Assembly (NCBI GenBank): GCA_902595845.1
Contig: CACJRN010000006.1
Coordinates: 1,531 to 65,530 of the forward strand
Reading direction: 5' to 3'
Length of the DNA stretch: 64,000 nt
DNA from: an uncultured Gammaproteobacteria bacterium
GTDB taxonomy: Bacteria > Pseudomonadota > Gammaproteobacteria > Steroidobacterales > UBA11654
Shown one piece after another: positions 37,082 to 48,038 of this stretch (positions within the stretch are counted from its first letter, which is position 1; each line of letters opens with the position of its first letter). Below the pieces are notes generated by a model, which saw only the letters and a program-made list of their open reading frames with translations, was not told where the DNA came from and ran no database searches. The position numbers were made by a program, and so were the translations under genes.

Positions 37082-38554
37082 TTAGTCTTCAATACCAGCC
37101 AGAGATACATATTTAATCTCTAGATAATCATCCACGCCATATTTAGATCCCTCCCGGCCGATTCCTGATTCTTTTACTCCGCCAAATGGAGCCATTTCTG
37201 TAGAGATTATTCCTGTATTTAGCCCAACCATTCCATAATCAAGCTGTTCCGAGACCCTCCATGATTTAGCTAGATCAGTTGTGTAAAAGTATGCGGCCAA
37301 ACCATAGGGAGTATTATTTGCTCGTTCTATTACTTCTTGCTCAGTCTCAAAACTAAAGATTGGAGCAACCGGACCAAATGTTTCCTCTTTCGAGATCAAC
37401 ATTTCATCAGATACTCCAGTTAAAACAGTCGGCTCGAAAAATAGACCTCCGAGAGAATGAGGATTGCCACCAGTTGTTATAATTGCACCACTATTCTTGG
37501 CATCCTCTATATGATTAGAAACTTTTTCAATTGCATTCTCGCTAATTAATGGCCCTTGTTGGGTGGACTCATCAAGCCCGTTCCCAACCACCAATTCAGA
37601 GGCTTTTTCAGTAAAACGCTGAGAAAAATCATCATAGATGCTCGATTGAACATAAATTCTGTTTGCGCAAACACATGTTTGACCACTATTTCTATACTTT
37701 GCAATCACCGCACCTTCTACTGCAGCCTCAAGATTTGCATCATCAAAGACTATAAACGGAGCATGCCCACCCAACTCTAAAGAAACCTTCTTAACAGAAT
37801 CAGCCGATGCCTTGAGCAAATGCTTACCGACAGCAGTGGAACCAGTGAAAGTGATTTTTTTAACATCTTTATGAGATGTCATAGCCGAACCAATTTTTTC
37901 TGCATCACCAGTGACCACATTAAATATTCCTTTAGGAACTCCTGCGAGCTCAGATAAATATGCCATTGCTGTTGCAGAAAAAGGAGTTTCAGGCGCTGGC
38001 TTTGCTACTACACTACAACCAACTGCAATAGCGGGCGCTATTTTTCTTGCCAACATTGCTGAAGGGAAGTTCCATGGTGTAATGCACCCAACAACACCTA
38101 TTGGTTGCTTGATCACCAATGTTCTTCGATCATATTGATGGCCTGGTATTAAATCGCCATAAACTCTTTTAGCCTCTTCTGAAAACCATTCAAAAAAAGA
38201 GGCTGCATAGGCGATTTCACCAAGTGATTCAGATATGGGTTTGCCACCCTCAAGCGTGATAATCGTTGCCAAGTCCATTTGGTTCTCAAGCATTAAATGA
38301 TGTAGGTTTTTAAGAACAGAAGAGCGCTCTTTTGCATCTGTTTTTGCCCAAATCTTTTGTGCTTTATTTGCTGCCGTGATGGCTAAAATGGCCTCATCTG
38401 CTCCACAATTAGGAAGTGATCCAAGTCTCTCAGAATTGGCAGGATTGGTAACCTCTGATGAAGAACCATCATTTGCTCCCATCCATTCTCCGTTGATATA
38501 ACACTGATCCTTTAGTAAGGCCTTGTTTTTGATGTTGATGGTTTCAGCCACCAC
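37082..38554 (-). CDS. gabD: NAD(P)-dependent succinate-semialdehyde dehydrogenase
   Basis: ITPWNFPSAM, FTGSTAVG, LELGGHAP, RNSGQTCVCANR, PFGGVKESGIGREGSKYG. Confidence 0.92.
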   Translation of the reverse strand: MVAETINIKNKALLKDQCYINGEWMGANDGSSSEVTNPANSERLGSLPNCGADEAILAITAANKAQKIWAKTDAKERSSVLKNLHHLMLENQMDLATIITLEGGKPISESLGEIAYAASFFEWFSEEAKRVYGDLIPGHQYDRRTLVIKQPIGVVGCITPWNFPSAMLARKIAPAIAVGCSVVAKPAPETPFSATAMAYLSELAGVPKGIFNVVTGDAEKIGSAMTSHKDVKKITFTGSTAVGKHLLKASADSVKKVSLELGGHAPFIVFDDANLEAAVEGAVIAKYRNSGQTCVCANRIYVQSSIYDDFSQRFTEKASELVVGNGLDESTQQGPLISENAIEKVSNHIEDAKNSGAIITTGGNPHSLGGLFFEPTVLTGVSDEMLISKEETFGPVAPIFSFETEQEVIERANNTPYGLAAYFYTTDLAKSWRVSEQLDYGMVGLNTGIISTEMAPFGGVKESGIGREGSKYGVDDYLEIKYVSLAGIED

Positions 38555-39374
38555 TTCTAAATCTCTCCATTACATCCGGATCCATTCCAACAGATTTAGC
38601 TAGCTCCCTGAATACCTCACCTGTGACAGTCTTTTCTTTTTTTTCTACCGCAAACTCTTCGGTATTTTCAATGACCATCTTTCTCAAAGGGGGCGGGACG
38701 CCCATGAGCATTTCAGTGGCTTCATTATCCCACTCCATAGACGTTTTTGCGTCTGCACCTTGCATTGCGCTTTTTGGCTGTCCAAGATCATGTTTAATCA
38801 ATGTTTCAGCAGTGGTGTGATAATAAGTTTGTCTGGCCTCATCACCCATTCCAATTGGCAGATCCATTGTTTTTATTCTCTCCTCTCTCCCCATGTCGAC
38901 CAATTCTTTATCAACGACTATCGCCTCTATTTTTCCAATTACAATACCAGAGCTTTTTTCTAGCTTGATGATCTCATCAACCGTGCATTCTGCGATCTGG
39001 GGACATTCCTCAAGGCTTGGAGGGGAAACTTTCTTTGATGGAATCTGAGTAAACTTTGTGAACTCCAGCTCATTGATTCCTTCAGGATAAAATTTTGCAG
39101 TTTCCATCATGTCATCGAGGTGACTCGCACTAGGGCAATTCACAACAAATTCTCCGGTTTGTTCAATATTTACAAATGTATGTGAATCCTGTCTAAATCC
39201 TATCAACATCCTGGGGTTTTTTGTCATCACGTCATACTGCATGATATGAGAATATGGACCAGCATTTACGGTGCCATTTTTATCAAGTGTAGTAATGATT
39301 GTGATAAGTTTAGGCCATAGCCAAATATCAGAGTACCAAAATGGTTTTATCTTAATTTCTTCTTTTCTAGTCAT
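38544..39374 (-). CDS. Flavin reductase-like (DIM6/NTAB) protein with a C-terminal PCP_red-like helical domain
   Basis: ITTLDKNGTVNAGPYS, HTFVNIEQTGEFVVN, VSPPSLEEC; C-terminal WDNEA...VPPPLRKMV...EEFA...VT. Confidence 0.78.
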   Translation of the reverse strand: MTRKEEIKIKPFWYSDIWLWPKLITIITTLDKNGTVNAGPYSHIMQYDVMTKNPRMLIGFRQDSHTFVNIEQTGEFVVNCPSASHLDDMMETAKFYPEGINELEFTKFTQIPSKKVSPPSLEECPQIAECTVDEIIKLEKSSGIVIGKIEAIVVDKELVDMGREERIKTMDLPIGMGDEARQTYYHTTAETLIKHDLGQPKSAMQGADAKTSMEWDNEATEMLMGVPPPLRKMVIENTEEFAVEKKEKTVTGEVFRELAKSVGMDPDVMERFRSGG

Positions 39375-39382
39375 ATTAATTA

Positions 39383-41032
39383 CTACCCAAATTCACCAGC
39401 TTTTAGTTTAGAAATATAATCTTTATAGTCTTTTATTGCTTGATATCCAAAAAGCCAGAGTATGGGAAGGTTTGCCATGATACAAAGGCCTGTGCCAAGG
39501 TTGGCAAACAGATTTAATTCTCTGTCAGTCTGAATAAAGCCAGTGGTGGACAAGACAGCCAATATACAAAATGCGAGCTTGTATGTGAGTATTGCTTTTT
39601 CACCAAGCAGAAAGGAAACACCCTTCTCACCATAGTAACTCCAAGAAATCATAGTAGATATGGCAAAAAGCCAAGAGGCAAGTGTCACCAACCATTTACC
39701 TAGACCATCTGAGACCTTATCAAATGCTGCTGCGGTCAAATTGGCGCCTACATAATCAAGATAAACTTCGCCATTTGTTTCAGGCTGTTTATTAGAGGTA
39801 ATTTCATTCCATTTGATAGATGTTTGTGTGCCATCAGTAACCACTGTCCCATAAACTTTGTTTAAAGCATTACCAGACTCAGCATTTTTTGAGCCAGAGT
39901 AAATCATGAAAACTTTGTCGCCAGAACTGAGCGTGGGAGCATCACCAATTGTTCCATCAATGGACCAATTTTGACCAGATTGATTTACTGAAAGATTAGA
40001 AAGCTGAACTTCTGCAGGTCGATTCCAAATGCCTGTAACCAAAATTACCAGCGCACTCATCGTGCAGACAACAATGGTATCAATAAAAGGCTCTAGGCCT
40101 GCTACAACACCCTCTCTAACTGGCTCATCTGTTTTGGCAGCCGAATGAGCAATGGCAGATGAACCTTGTCCTGCTTCATTTGAAAAAAGTGCTCTCTGCA
40201 TACCAAATATAAAGGCTGCTCCAGCGGTTCCACCAAGGAAGGCATTGCTTGACTCCATTGGAGAAAATGCTGCGCTCACAATGAGCCTTAGCATTTCTGG
40301 AATCGCTGTAAAATTAATTGCAAGAACATAAATGCAAGCAATGACATAAATTATGAGCATTATTGGAACAAGTTTTGATGTCACTGCTCCGATTCTTTTT
40401 ATACCGCCTATGATTACAGACCCAACAATCAAGGCCAATATGGCACCTGTAACTAGAGTTGGGACGCCAAAATAAGCTTGAGTCAGATTAGCAACATTCC
40501 AAGCCTGAAACATATTTCCTGCAGTTATTGTGTTGATTATTAGAGCAAAACAAAATGTCCCAGCAAGAAGCTTTCCGATGATTTTTATAAACCCCTTTTT
40601 CCCAGAAAAATTTCTTTCAACAACCCACATTGGCCCACCACTGGGATTGTCTGTTTCATCTATATTTCTGTGTATCATCGAGAGCGAGACTTCACTTAAC
40701 TTAATAGCCATACCTAAAAATCCTACAACCCACATCCAAAACACCGCCCCTGGGCCACCGAGCGATATAGCCAAGGCCACACCGCCAATGTTACCAAGGC
40801 CTACCGTAGCTGAGAGTGCAGTTGACAAGGCTTGAAAATGTGAGATTGCACCCGGATCATCGTCTTTATCATAATCACCTTTGATTACCTTAAAACCATG
40901 TGTCAAAGCGTAATATTGTGAAAATCCACTCCATATTGTAAAAACAATACCAGTGGCAACAACGACATAGAGGGTATAGTTGTTCCAAAGAAAACCACCA
41001 ATTGTCTCTATGATTAATTTAAACTCTTCCAT
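39383..41032 (-). CDS. Na+/alanine-glycine symporter (AGCS family)
   Basis: FQALSTALSATVGLGNI, GGPGAVFWMW, RALFSNEAGQGS, FIDTIVVC, FAISTMISWSYYGE. Confidence 0.92.
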   Translation of the reverse strand: MEEFKLIIETIGGFLWNNYTLYVVVATGIVFTIWSGFSQYYALTHGFKVIKGDYDKDDDPGAISHFQALSTALSATVGLGNIGGVALAISLGGPGAVFWMWVVGFLGMAIKLSEVSLSMIHRNIDETDNPSGGPMWVVERNFSGKKGFIKIIGKLLAGTFCFALIINTITAGNMFQAWNVANLTQAYFGVPTLVTGAILALIVGSVIIGGIKRIGAVTSKLVPIMLIIYVIACIYVLAINFTAIPEMLRLIVSAAFSPMESSNAFLGGTAGAAFIFGMQRALFSNEAGQGSSAIAHSAAKTDEPVREGVVAGLEPFIDTIVVCTMSALVILVTGIWNRPAEVQLSNLSVNQSGQNWSIDGTIGDAPTLSSGDKVFMIYSGSKNAESGNALNKVYGTVVTDGTQTSIKWNEITSNKQPETNGEVYLDYVGANLTAAAFDKVSDGLGKWLVTLASWLFAISTMISWSYYGEKGVSFLLGEKAILTYKLAFCILAVLSTTGFIQTDRELNLFANLGTGLCIMANLPILWLFGYQAIKDYKDYISKLKAGEFG

Positions 41033-41262
41033 TTTTTTCCTTTTTATTATTGCAGTTAGCCTGCCGAAGATAACGACGGAGATATGGCTGGAATATCCAT
41101 ATAATAACGTTGAACAGGAAATTTCAATTCAAATTTGCTAAAATTCATTTTCAATTTCCCAGTGATTTTGAGCAAATTTTGACCCATCGGGCCAAAAGGT
41201 AATGATGACGGACAGACAAACCAAGTTCGTTAACGGTTAAGAAAAAATAAAAAGAATTAGTT

Positions 41263-44200
41263 ATGAGGCTGAAAAAAGACTCAAATATTGGCTTGTACGA
41301 CTCCCGATTTGAAAAGGAGAGTTGTGGCCTTGGCTTTGTGGCTCAGATTAACAAAGAGCCCAGCCATCAAAACATAAAAGATGCCTTGACGATTCTATGC
41401 AATATGGATCATAGGGGCGCTAGAGGTTCGGAGCCCAACAGCGGCGATGGAGCTGGAATACTTACTGGAATGCCACACACTTTTTTTGCAGGTCTTTCTA
41501 AGGAATGCTTCGGGGTTTATTTGGAAGAAGGCAGGTATGCAGTAGGCAATATTTTTCTACCTAATGAAGGTAAAGAAAGAGAGCACTGCAAAAAATCTTT
41601 TGAAGAAATTTGTTGTGAAAATGAGCTAGAAATAATTGGGTGGAGAGATCTGCCGATTGATATAAAAAAAGCTGATATAGGCCCATCAGCTCTAAAAGCA
41701 ATGCCTAAAATAGAGCAAGTCTTTGTGAAAGATAATCGCTCATTTTTCAACCAGGAAGATTTTGAAAGAAGACTGTATCTCGCAAGGAAAAAAGTCAGCA
41801 ACCATTTACGTGTCAATTCTGAGCTTGATGAGGCAGACCTGTTTTATATTTGTAGCCTGTCTTCTAAGACAATCGTCTACAAGGGAATGCTTACTTGTGA
41901 TCAAGTAGGAAACTTTTTTAGTGACCTAACTGAACCCGATTATGCTTCTCATGTGGCCATGGTCCATTCTAGGTTTTCTACAAATACGTTTCCAAGCTGG
42001 GACAGGGCGATGCCAAATCGCTTTATGTCTCATAATGGCGAGATAAATACTATTCAAGGCAATATCAATTGGATGAAGGCCAGAGAAGGCAATATGGAGT
42101 CAGACATTTTTGGAGATAGGCTTGAGGATCTTTTTCCTATTATTGAACCTAATTGCTCCGACTCAGGAAATTTTGATAACGTACTTGAGTTTTTAACCCT
42201 TTCAGGACGCTCAATGGAAGAGTCAGTTTTGATGATGGTGCCAGAGGCTTGGCAGAAAAAGAAGACGATCTCTAAAGACAGAAAAGCTTACTATGAATTT
42301 CAGTCGAATCTCATGGAACCATGGGATGGGCCTGCATCAATTTCATTTACCAATGGCAACGCAATAGGAGCTATTTTAGATAGAAATGGACTCAGGCCCA
42401 GTCGCTATTATGTTACGTCAGATAACAGGGTAATCATGGCAAGCGAAGTCGGGGTTTTAGATATCCCTAACGAAAAAGTAATCAAAAAGGGAAGATTGCA
42501 GCCAGGAAAAATATTTCTAATCGACTTTAATAAGGGCAAGCTACTTAGCGACTCTGATGTCAAAGATCCTCTAGTACGAGAAAACCCTTATAGAGAATGG
42601 CTTCATGGCAATAGGTTTGGATTCAGAAAAATAAAACAACTTTCTAATGATCCGCTATACGAAAAAGAAGAGCTCCTCAAGCGTATGCGAGCATTCGGAT
42701 ATACCTCTGAAACATTGGAATTCATGCTTTTTCCAATGGTGCATGACTTGAGAGATCCGCTTGGTTCAATGGGCAATGACACTGTTTTAGCTTCTCTCAG
42801 TGACAACCACAGACTTATATATGACTATTTCAAGCAACGATTTGCACAGGTTTCCAATCCATCGATAGACTCAATTAGAGAAAAAATTGTAATGTCCCTT
42901 GAGTGCTATATCGGACCAGAAGGAAACCTCTTAGAGCCTGGTGAAAAACATGCAAACAGGATCCTTGTTGAGAACCCGATACTCACAAATACTGCCATGT
43001 ATGCATTAAAGCATCTAAATTATTTGAATCACAGAAGCAAGGTTATTGATATCACTTACACCAAAGAAGTTGGGTTAAATGAAAAAATCGATGAGATATG
43101 TAGAGCAGCAGAAGAGTCTGTAGATAATGGCATCGGGTTTATAGTGTTAAGTGATAGAGGGATGGATGAGAGCCGGACACCTATCAGCGCCTTGATGGCT
43201 TGTGGCGCAGTTCACCACCATCTTGTGAAATCTGCAAAGAGATCAAAGGCAGCTATAGTGGTTGAGACAGGAGAGGCTCGCGAGGTTCATCACTTCTGTC
43301 TTTTATTTGGGTATGGAGCTGACGCAATCAATCCATACTTGGCATATGAAATCCTAATGCAAGCAAAGGCTGAGAATGTCATCAAACATACTCATTATAA
43401 GAGAGGACCAGAAAATAGGGTGCCATTGGATGAATATGAAGAGGTAATCGACGCTTACCGGCAAGCTGTGGTAAAGGGTATTTTAAAAGTCATGGGCAAA
43501 ATGGGTATCTCAACACTTCAGTCTTACAAGGGAGCCCAGATTTTTGAGGCAATCGGCCTTTCTAAAGAAGTGATTGATAAATGTTTTGATGGCACTGTAA
43601 GCAAAGTCGGAGGAGTCGATCTCGATACAATTCAGCTTGAAGACTTAAGGAGGCATAGCCTCGGATGGCCAGATGACAAAAGCAAACCTTCAACAGATCT
43701 TCCAAACCCGGGAGATTTCCATTGGAGAAGCGAGGGAGAAAAAAAGGGATGGAATCCAGAAACAGTCTGGTCACTTCAATTGGCTGCGAGAACAAATGAT
43801 GAAAGCGCATATGAGAAATTCTCAAAACTCGCAAACAAGAAAGCAGAAGATGCTTTAAATCTTAGAGGGCTATTAAAGCTCAATTATCCTAATAATAAGA
43901 GCATACCACTTGAAGATGTTGAGCCAGCAAGTGAGATAGTAAAACGCTTTTGCACTGGGGCTATGAGTTTCGGCTCAATTTCCCCAGAGGCACATGAAAC
44001 TTTGGCTATTGCCATGAATAGAATTGGGGGAAAGAGTAACAGCGGTGAAGGAGGAGAAGATCCCGCAAGATATGAGCCAATGAAGAATGGTGACTCCAAA
44101 TCTTCAGCAATTAAGCAAATTGCATCAGGTAGATTTGGTGTTACAGCAAACTATATTGCGAACGCACAGCAGCTTCAGATTAAAATTGCACAAGGAGCCA

Positions 44201-45879
44201 AACCTGGTGAAGGAGGAGAGCTGCCAGGAAGGAAAGTGGATGAAAAAATTGCTTCAATTAGATACTCCACGCCTGGGGTGGGCTTAATCAGCCCCCCTCC
44301 TCATCATGACATCTATTCAATTGAAGATTTGGCCCAATTAATTTTTGACCTAAAAAATGGAAATCCGTCTGCTGACATCAGTGTTAAGTTGGTCTCGGAG
44401 AGCGGAGTAGGAACAATTGCTGCTGGCGTTACTAAGGCCCATGCTGACCATATTGTAATCTCTGGCGATGTGGGCGGGACAGGCGCATCACCTTTGACCA
44501 GTATTAAGAATGCAGGTATGCCATGGGAGCTGGGACTGGCTGAAGTTCATCAAACTTTGATTATGAACGACCTAAGAAGCAGAGTCACCTTGCAAACAGA
44601 TGGCGGCCTGAAGACAGGCAGGGATGTAATCATTGCAGCGCTACTTGGTGCTGAGGAGTTTGGTTTTTCTACAGCACCATTGATTTCCCTTGGCTGTATT
44701 ATGATGAGAAAGTGTCATTTGAATACATGTCCAGTTGGAATTGCTACCCAAAACAAAATACTTAGACAGAAATTTAATGGACAACCAGAGCATGTTATTA
44801 ATTACCTATTCCTAGTTGCTGAAGAGGCAAGAGCAATCATGGCAAGACTTGGGATAAAGTCCATTGGCGATCTTGTGGGAAGGACAGACATTCTATCAAC
44901 TGAGAAAGTAAAGCAGCATTGGAAATCAAGCCAGCTAGACTTAAGCCCGCTTTTAGTGAGTGCTGAAGAAATCAGAAGCGATGTTGAGATAAGGAAAACA
45001 ATTGATCAGGTTCATGATATAGACTCGGTCATAGACCACAGTCTGATCAAAAATTGTAAAGATGCACTTAACAAAAAAGACAGAGTTGAGTTTGACCATG
45101 AGATAACAAACCTCAATAGAGCTACAGGTGCAATGCTGAGCCATGAAATTGCAAAACTATGGGGAGAAGAAGGACTGCCTGAAGACACTATTCGAGTGAA
45201 CTTTTCTGGTTCTGCAGGTCAAAGCTTTGGAGCTTTTTTGTCAAAAGGAGTGACCTTTAACTTATTTGGCGATGCCAATGATTATGTTGGCAAAAGTCTT
45301 TCAGGAGGTAAAATTATCGTTCAGCCTCCAGAGAACACCAACTTTAAATCTGAAGATAATATCCTTATTGGTAATGTCGCACTTTATGGCGCCACCTCAG
45401 GTTTTGGTTTCTTCAGGGGAATAGCGGCTGAACGATTTGGCGTTAGAAATAGCGGAGCATGGTCTGTTGTTGAGGGTGTTGGTGATCATGGTTGTGAATA
45501 TATGACAGGCGGAAGGGTTTTGGTTTTGGGAGAAACTGGTGTCAACTTCGCAGCTGGCATGTCTGGAGGAATTGCTTATGTCTTTGATCCAAGAGATGAG
45601 TTTGAGCCCAAGTGCAATACTGGCATGGTTCAACTTGAAACTCTGGAAGATGAGACCAGCATTTCGGAAATACTCAGGCTACTCGAGCTACATCATGAAT
45701 ATACTGATTCACCATTGGCTGAGGCAATCATGAATGACTGGGATAATAGCTTGAATAAGTTTATTAAGGTCATGCCAATTGATTATAAGCGTGTCATGAA
45801 CGAAAGAGCAGAACACAATGAAGAAATCGAATCTATCTTTGATGTGGATGATAGAAAGTCACAAAGGAAGGGGGTATAG
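41263..45879 (+). CDS. gltB: Glutamate synthase large subunit
   Basis: SCGLGFVA (N-terminal Cys), HSRFSTNT, HNGEINT, AQGAKPGEGGELPG, CIMMRKCHLNTCPVG. Confidence 0.98.
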   Translation: MRLKKDSNIGLYDSRFEKESCGLGFVAQINKEPSHQNIKDALTILCNMDHRGARGSEPNSGDGAGILTGMPHTFFAGLSKECFGVYLEEGRYAVGNIFLPNEGKEREHCKKSFEEICCENELEIIGWRDLPIDIKKADIGPSALKAMPKIEQVFVKDNRSFFNQEDFERRLYLARKKVSNHLRVNSELDEADLFYICSLSSKTIVYKGMLTCDQVGNFFSDLTEPDYASHVAMVHSRFSTNTFPSWDRAMPNRFMSHNGEINTIQGNINWMKAREGNMESDIFGDRLEDLFPIIEPNCSDSGNFDNVLEFLTLSGRSMEESVLMMVPEAWQKKKTISKDRKAYYEFQSNLMEPWDGPASISFTNGNAIGAILDRNGLRPSRYYVTSDNRVIMASEVGVLDIPNEKVIKKGRLQPGKIFLIDFNKGKLLSDSDVKDPLVRENPYREWLHGNRFGFRKIKQLSNDPLYEKEELLKRMRAFGYTSETLEFMLFPMVHDLRDPLGSMGNDTVLASLSDNHRLIYDYFKQRFAQVSNPSIDSIREKIVMSLECYIGPEGNLLEPGEKHANRILVENPILTNTAMYALKHLNYLNHRSKVIDITYTKEVGLNEKIDEICRAAEESVDNGIGFIVLSDRGMDESRTPISALMACGAVHHHLVKSAKRSKAAIVVETGEAREVHHFCLLFGYGADAINPYLAYEILMQAKAENVIKHTHYKRGPENRVPLDEYEEVIDAYRQAVVKGILKVMGKMGISTLQSYKGAQIFEAIGLSKEVIDKCFDGTVSKVGGVDLDTIQLEDLRRHSLGWPDDKSKPSTDLPNPGDFHWRSEGEKKGWNPETVWSLQLAARTNDESAYEKFSKLANKKAEDALNLRGLLKLNYPNNKSIPLEDVEPASEIVKRFCTGAMSFGSISPEAHETLAIAMNRIGGKSNSGEGGEDPARYEPMKNGDSKSSAIKQIASGRFGVTANYIANAQQLQIKIAQGAKPGEGGELPGRKVDEKIASIRYSTPGVGLISPPPHHDIYSIEDLAQLIFDLKNGNPSADISVKLVSESGVGTIAAGVTKAHADHIVISGDVGGTGASPLTSIKNAGMPWELGLAEVHQTLIMNDLRSRVTLQTDGGLKTGRDVIIAALLGAEEFGFSTAPLISLGCIMMRKCHLNTCPVGIATQNKILRQKFNGQPEHVINYLFLVAEEARAIMARLGIKSIGDLVGRTDILSTEKVKQHWKSSQLDLSPLLVSAEEIRSDVEIRKTIDQVHDIDSVIDHSLIKNCKDALNKKDRVEFDHEITNLNRATGAMLSHEIAKLWGEEGLPEDTIRVNFSGSAGQSFGAFLSKGVTFNLFGDANDYVGKSLSGGKIIVQPPENTNFKSEDNILIGNVALYGATSGFGFFRGIAAERFGVRNSGAWSVVEGVGDHGCEYMTGGRVLVLGETGVNFAAGMSGGIAYVFDPRDEFEPKCNTGMVQLETLEDETSISEILRLLELHHEYTDSPLAEAIMNDWDNSLNKFIKVMPIDYKRVMNERAEHNEEIESIFDVDDRKSQRKGV

Positions 45880-45881
45880 AG

Positions 45882-47375
45882 ATGGGCAAACCAACAGGCT
45901 TTATGGAATACCCAAGGAGAAAGACACCCTGGCGTGATCCAGTCGATCGGGCATTGGATTATTACGAAATTTATACTCCTGCAGAAGAAGAACAGCTGAA
46001 AAAACAAGGCGCGAGATGCATGAACTGTGGCGTACCATTTTGTGAATCAGATCATGGATGCCCGATCGATAATCTAATTCCAGAATGGAATGATTTAGTC
46101 TATAAGGGAAAATGGAAAGAGGCATATGAGAGGCTTACAAAGACAAATAATTTTCCAGAGTTTACAGGAAGGGTTTGCCCAGCACCTTGTGAGGGAGCAT
46201 GTGTTTTGGGTATTAATGAGCCAGCAGTCACGATTAAAGACATCGAAAACTCAATCATTGACAGGGCTTTTGAAGAGGGCTGGGTCAAAGAGCAGCAGCC
46301 AGCTGAATCAACTGGCAAAAAGATTGCAGTTATAGGGTCAGGGCCAGCAGGACTCACCGCAGCAGATCAGCTTAATAAAGCGGGACACTCGGTCACAGTT
46401 TTTGAAAGAGAGGACAGAATAGGAGGCCTTCTTGTTTATGGAATTCCTAATATGAAGCTTTCAAAGAGTTTGTTGAATCGAAGAGTGAAACTATTGGCTT
46501 CTCAGGGAATTGAATTCAAGACTAATTGCAATATTGGAGTTAATATCTCTACTGATGAGATCAAAAAAGCATTTGATGCTGTTTTGATAGCAACAGGCTC
46601 AACCATAGCAAGAGACCTGAGTATTCCTGGAAGAGAGTCCAGCAATATACATTTTGCAATGGATTTTCTGACTCAGAACACCAAGAGCTTATTAGATAGC
46701 TCACTGTCAGATGGTAATTACATCGATGCCAAAGATAAAGATGTGATTGTAATTGGGGGCGGCGATACTGGAACAGATTGTATTGCTACTGCAATTCGCC
46801 ATGGATGCAAAAACATGGTCAATATGGAGATCATGAGTAAGCCTCCAAAAAGGAGGGGTTTAGACAACCCATGGCCACTCTGGCCAAACATTTTGAGGAC
46901 TGACTATGGGCATGAAGAGTCAGAAAAAAGATTTGGATCTGATCCAAGACGCTTCTCATTAATGAGCAAAGAGTTTACGAGCAAAGATGGACTTGTGACT
47001 GGCCTCAAGACAGTTGAGATTGAATGGGTCCAGGAAAAGAATGGAAAAATGACAATGAAAGAAATTGCCAGTACTGAAAAAACTTGGAACGCAGACTTAG
47101 TGTTGCTTGCACTTGGATTTATAGGCCCAGAACAAAAGATACTCAATGACTTTGGTGTTTCAATAGATGATATCGGAAATATTGATTCAGCCTATGGAAA
47201 ATTTACAACCAATGTTGACGGAGTCTTCTCTGCTGGGGATGCAAGAAGAGGACAGTCTTTAGTGGTTTGGGCTATGAATGAGGGGCGAGGCGCAGCTCTT
47301 GCAATTGATCGATATTTACAAGGGGCAAGCAGACTTTCGGCACCAATGATTAAGCTTGGTTCATTGAGAGATTAA
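45882..47375 (+). CDS. gltD: Glutamate synthase small subunit
   Basis: [59 protein letters not shown]. Confidence 0.97.
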   Translation: MGKPTGFMEYPRRKTPWRDPVDRALDYYEIYTPAEEEQLKKQGARCMNCGVPFCESDHGCPIDNLIPEWNDLVYKGKWKEAYERLTKTNNFPEFTGRVCPAPCEGACVLGINEPAVTIKDIENSIIDRAFEEGWVKEQQPAESTGKKIAVIGSGPAGLTAADQLNKAGHSVTVFEREDRIGGLLVYGIPNMKLSKSLLNRRVKLLASQGIEFKTNCNIGVNISTDEIKKAFDAVLIATGSTIARDLSIPGRESSNIHFAMDFLTQNTKSLLDSSLSDGNYIDAKDKDVIVIGGGDTGTDCIATAIRHGCKNMVNMEIMSKPPKRRGLDNPWPLWPNILRTDYGHEESEKRFGSDPRRFSLMSKEFTSKDGLVTGLKTVEIEWVQEKNGKMTMKEIASTEKTWNADLVLLALGFIGPEQKILNDFGVSIDDIGNIDSAYGKFTTNVDGVFSAGDARRGQSLVVWAMNEGRGAALAIDRYLQGASRLSAPMIKLGSLRD

Positions 47376-48038
47376 TTTGAAACAAAAGTCATAAATCTCA
47401 TGCCCCAAAACAACTCCTCTTTCTTCAAATTTTGTGCTCAACACTCTTTCTGAAAAACCTTTTTTCTCAAAGTCTTTCCTTTTTGAAAAAAGAGCATCAA
47501 TTTGTTCCGCATAATTTTCCCAGTCTGTAGATATATTAACCAAGCCATTGGGCATTAGCTTTTTCGAGATAAGCTGAATAAAGTCACCATTAATGATCCT
47601 TCTTTTATGATGTCTTTTTTTTGGCCATGGGTCAGGAAATAGCAAATTAATCTCACTGATAGAGGCATCCACTATTCCAAATTTCAGTACTTCGACCGCA
47701 TCACCGCTTATAATCTTTAAATTCTTTAAATTGTTTTCATCGATTAATTTTAAGCAATGCCCTATTCCAGCATCATAGACCTCTATACCAACGAAGTGTG
47801 TTTGTGTATTTTCATTTGCCACAGACACCAGCAACTCGCCATTTCCAAAACCAATATCGATGATCAAAGGACTTTCAGGATCGCCAAGAAAGCTATCAGG
47901 TATTATCCCAAGGTCTGCTGAATATTGAATGCCATATTTGGGTAAAAGATTCTCTAATGCATATTTTTGAGAAGATGTGATCCTCCCCTTTCGTCGAACA
48001 AAACTTCTAACAGGCCTATGGGTTGAGGAGTTGTTCAC
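47361..48038 (-). CDS. trmB: tRNA (guanine-N7)-methyltransferase
   Basis: [41 protein letters not shown]. Confidence 0.95.
   Translation of the reverse strand: MNNSSTHRPVRSFVRRKGRITSSQKYALENLLPKYGIQYSADLGIIPDSFLGDPESPLIIDIGFGNGELLVSVANENTQTHFVGIEVYDAGIGHCLKLIDENNLKNLKIISGDAVEVLKFGIVDASISEINLLFPDPWPKKRHHKRRIINGDFIQLISKKLMPNGLVNISTDWENYAEQIDALFSKRKDFEKKGFSERVLSTKFEERGVVLGHEIYDFCFKLISQ

Noticed and set aside
41033-41110. Possible glycine riboswitch upstream of the AGCS symporter (GCCGAAG seen)
   Set aside because: The motif is on the wrong strand for the symporter and the other conserved elements (GGAGA, CTCTCAGG) are not arranged correctly
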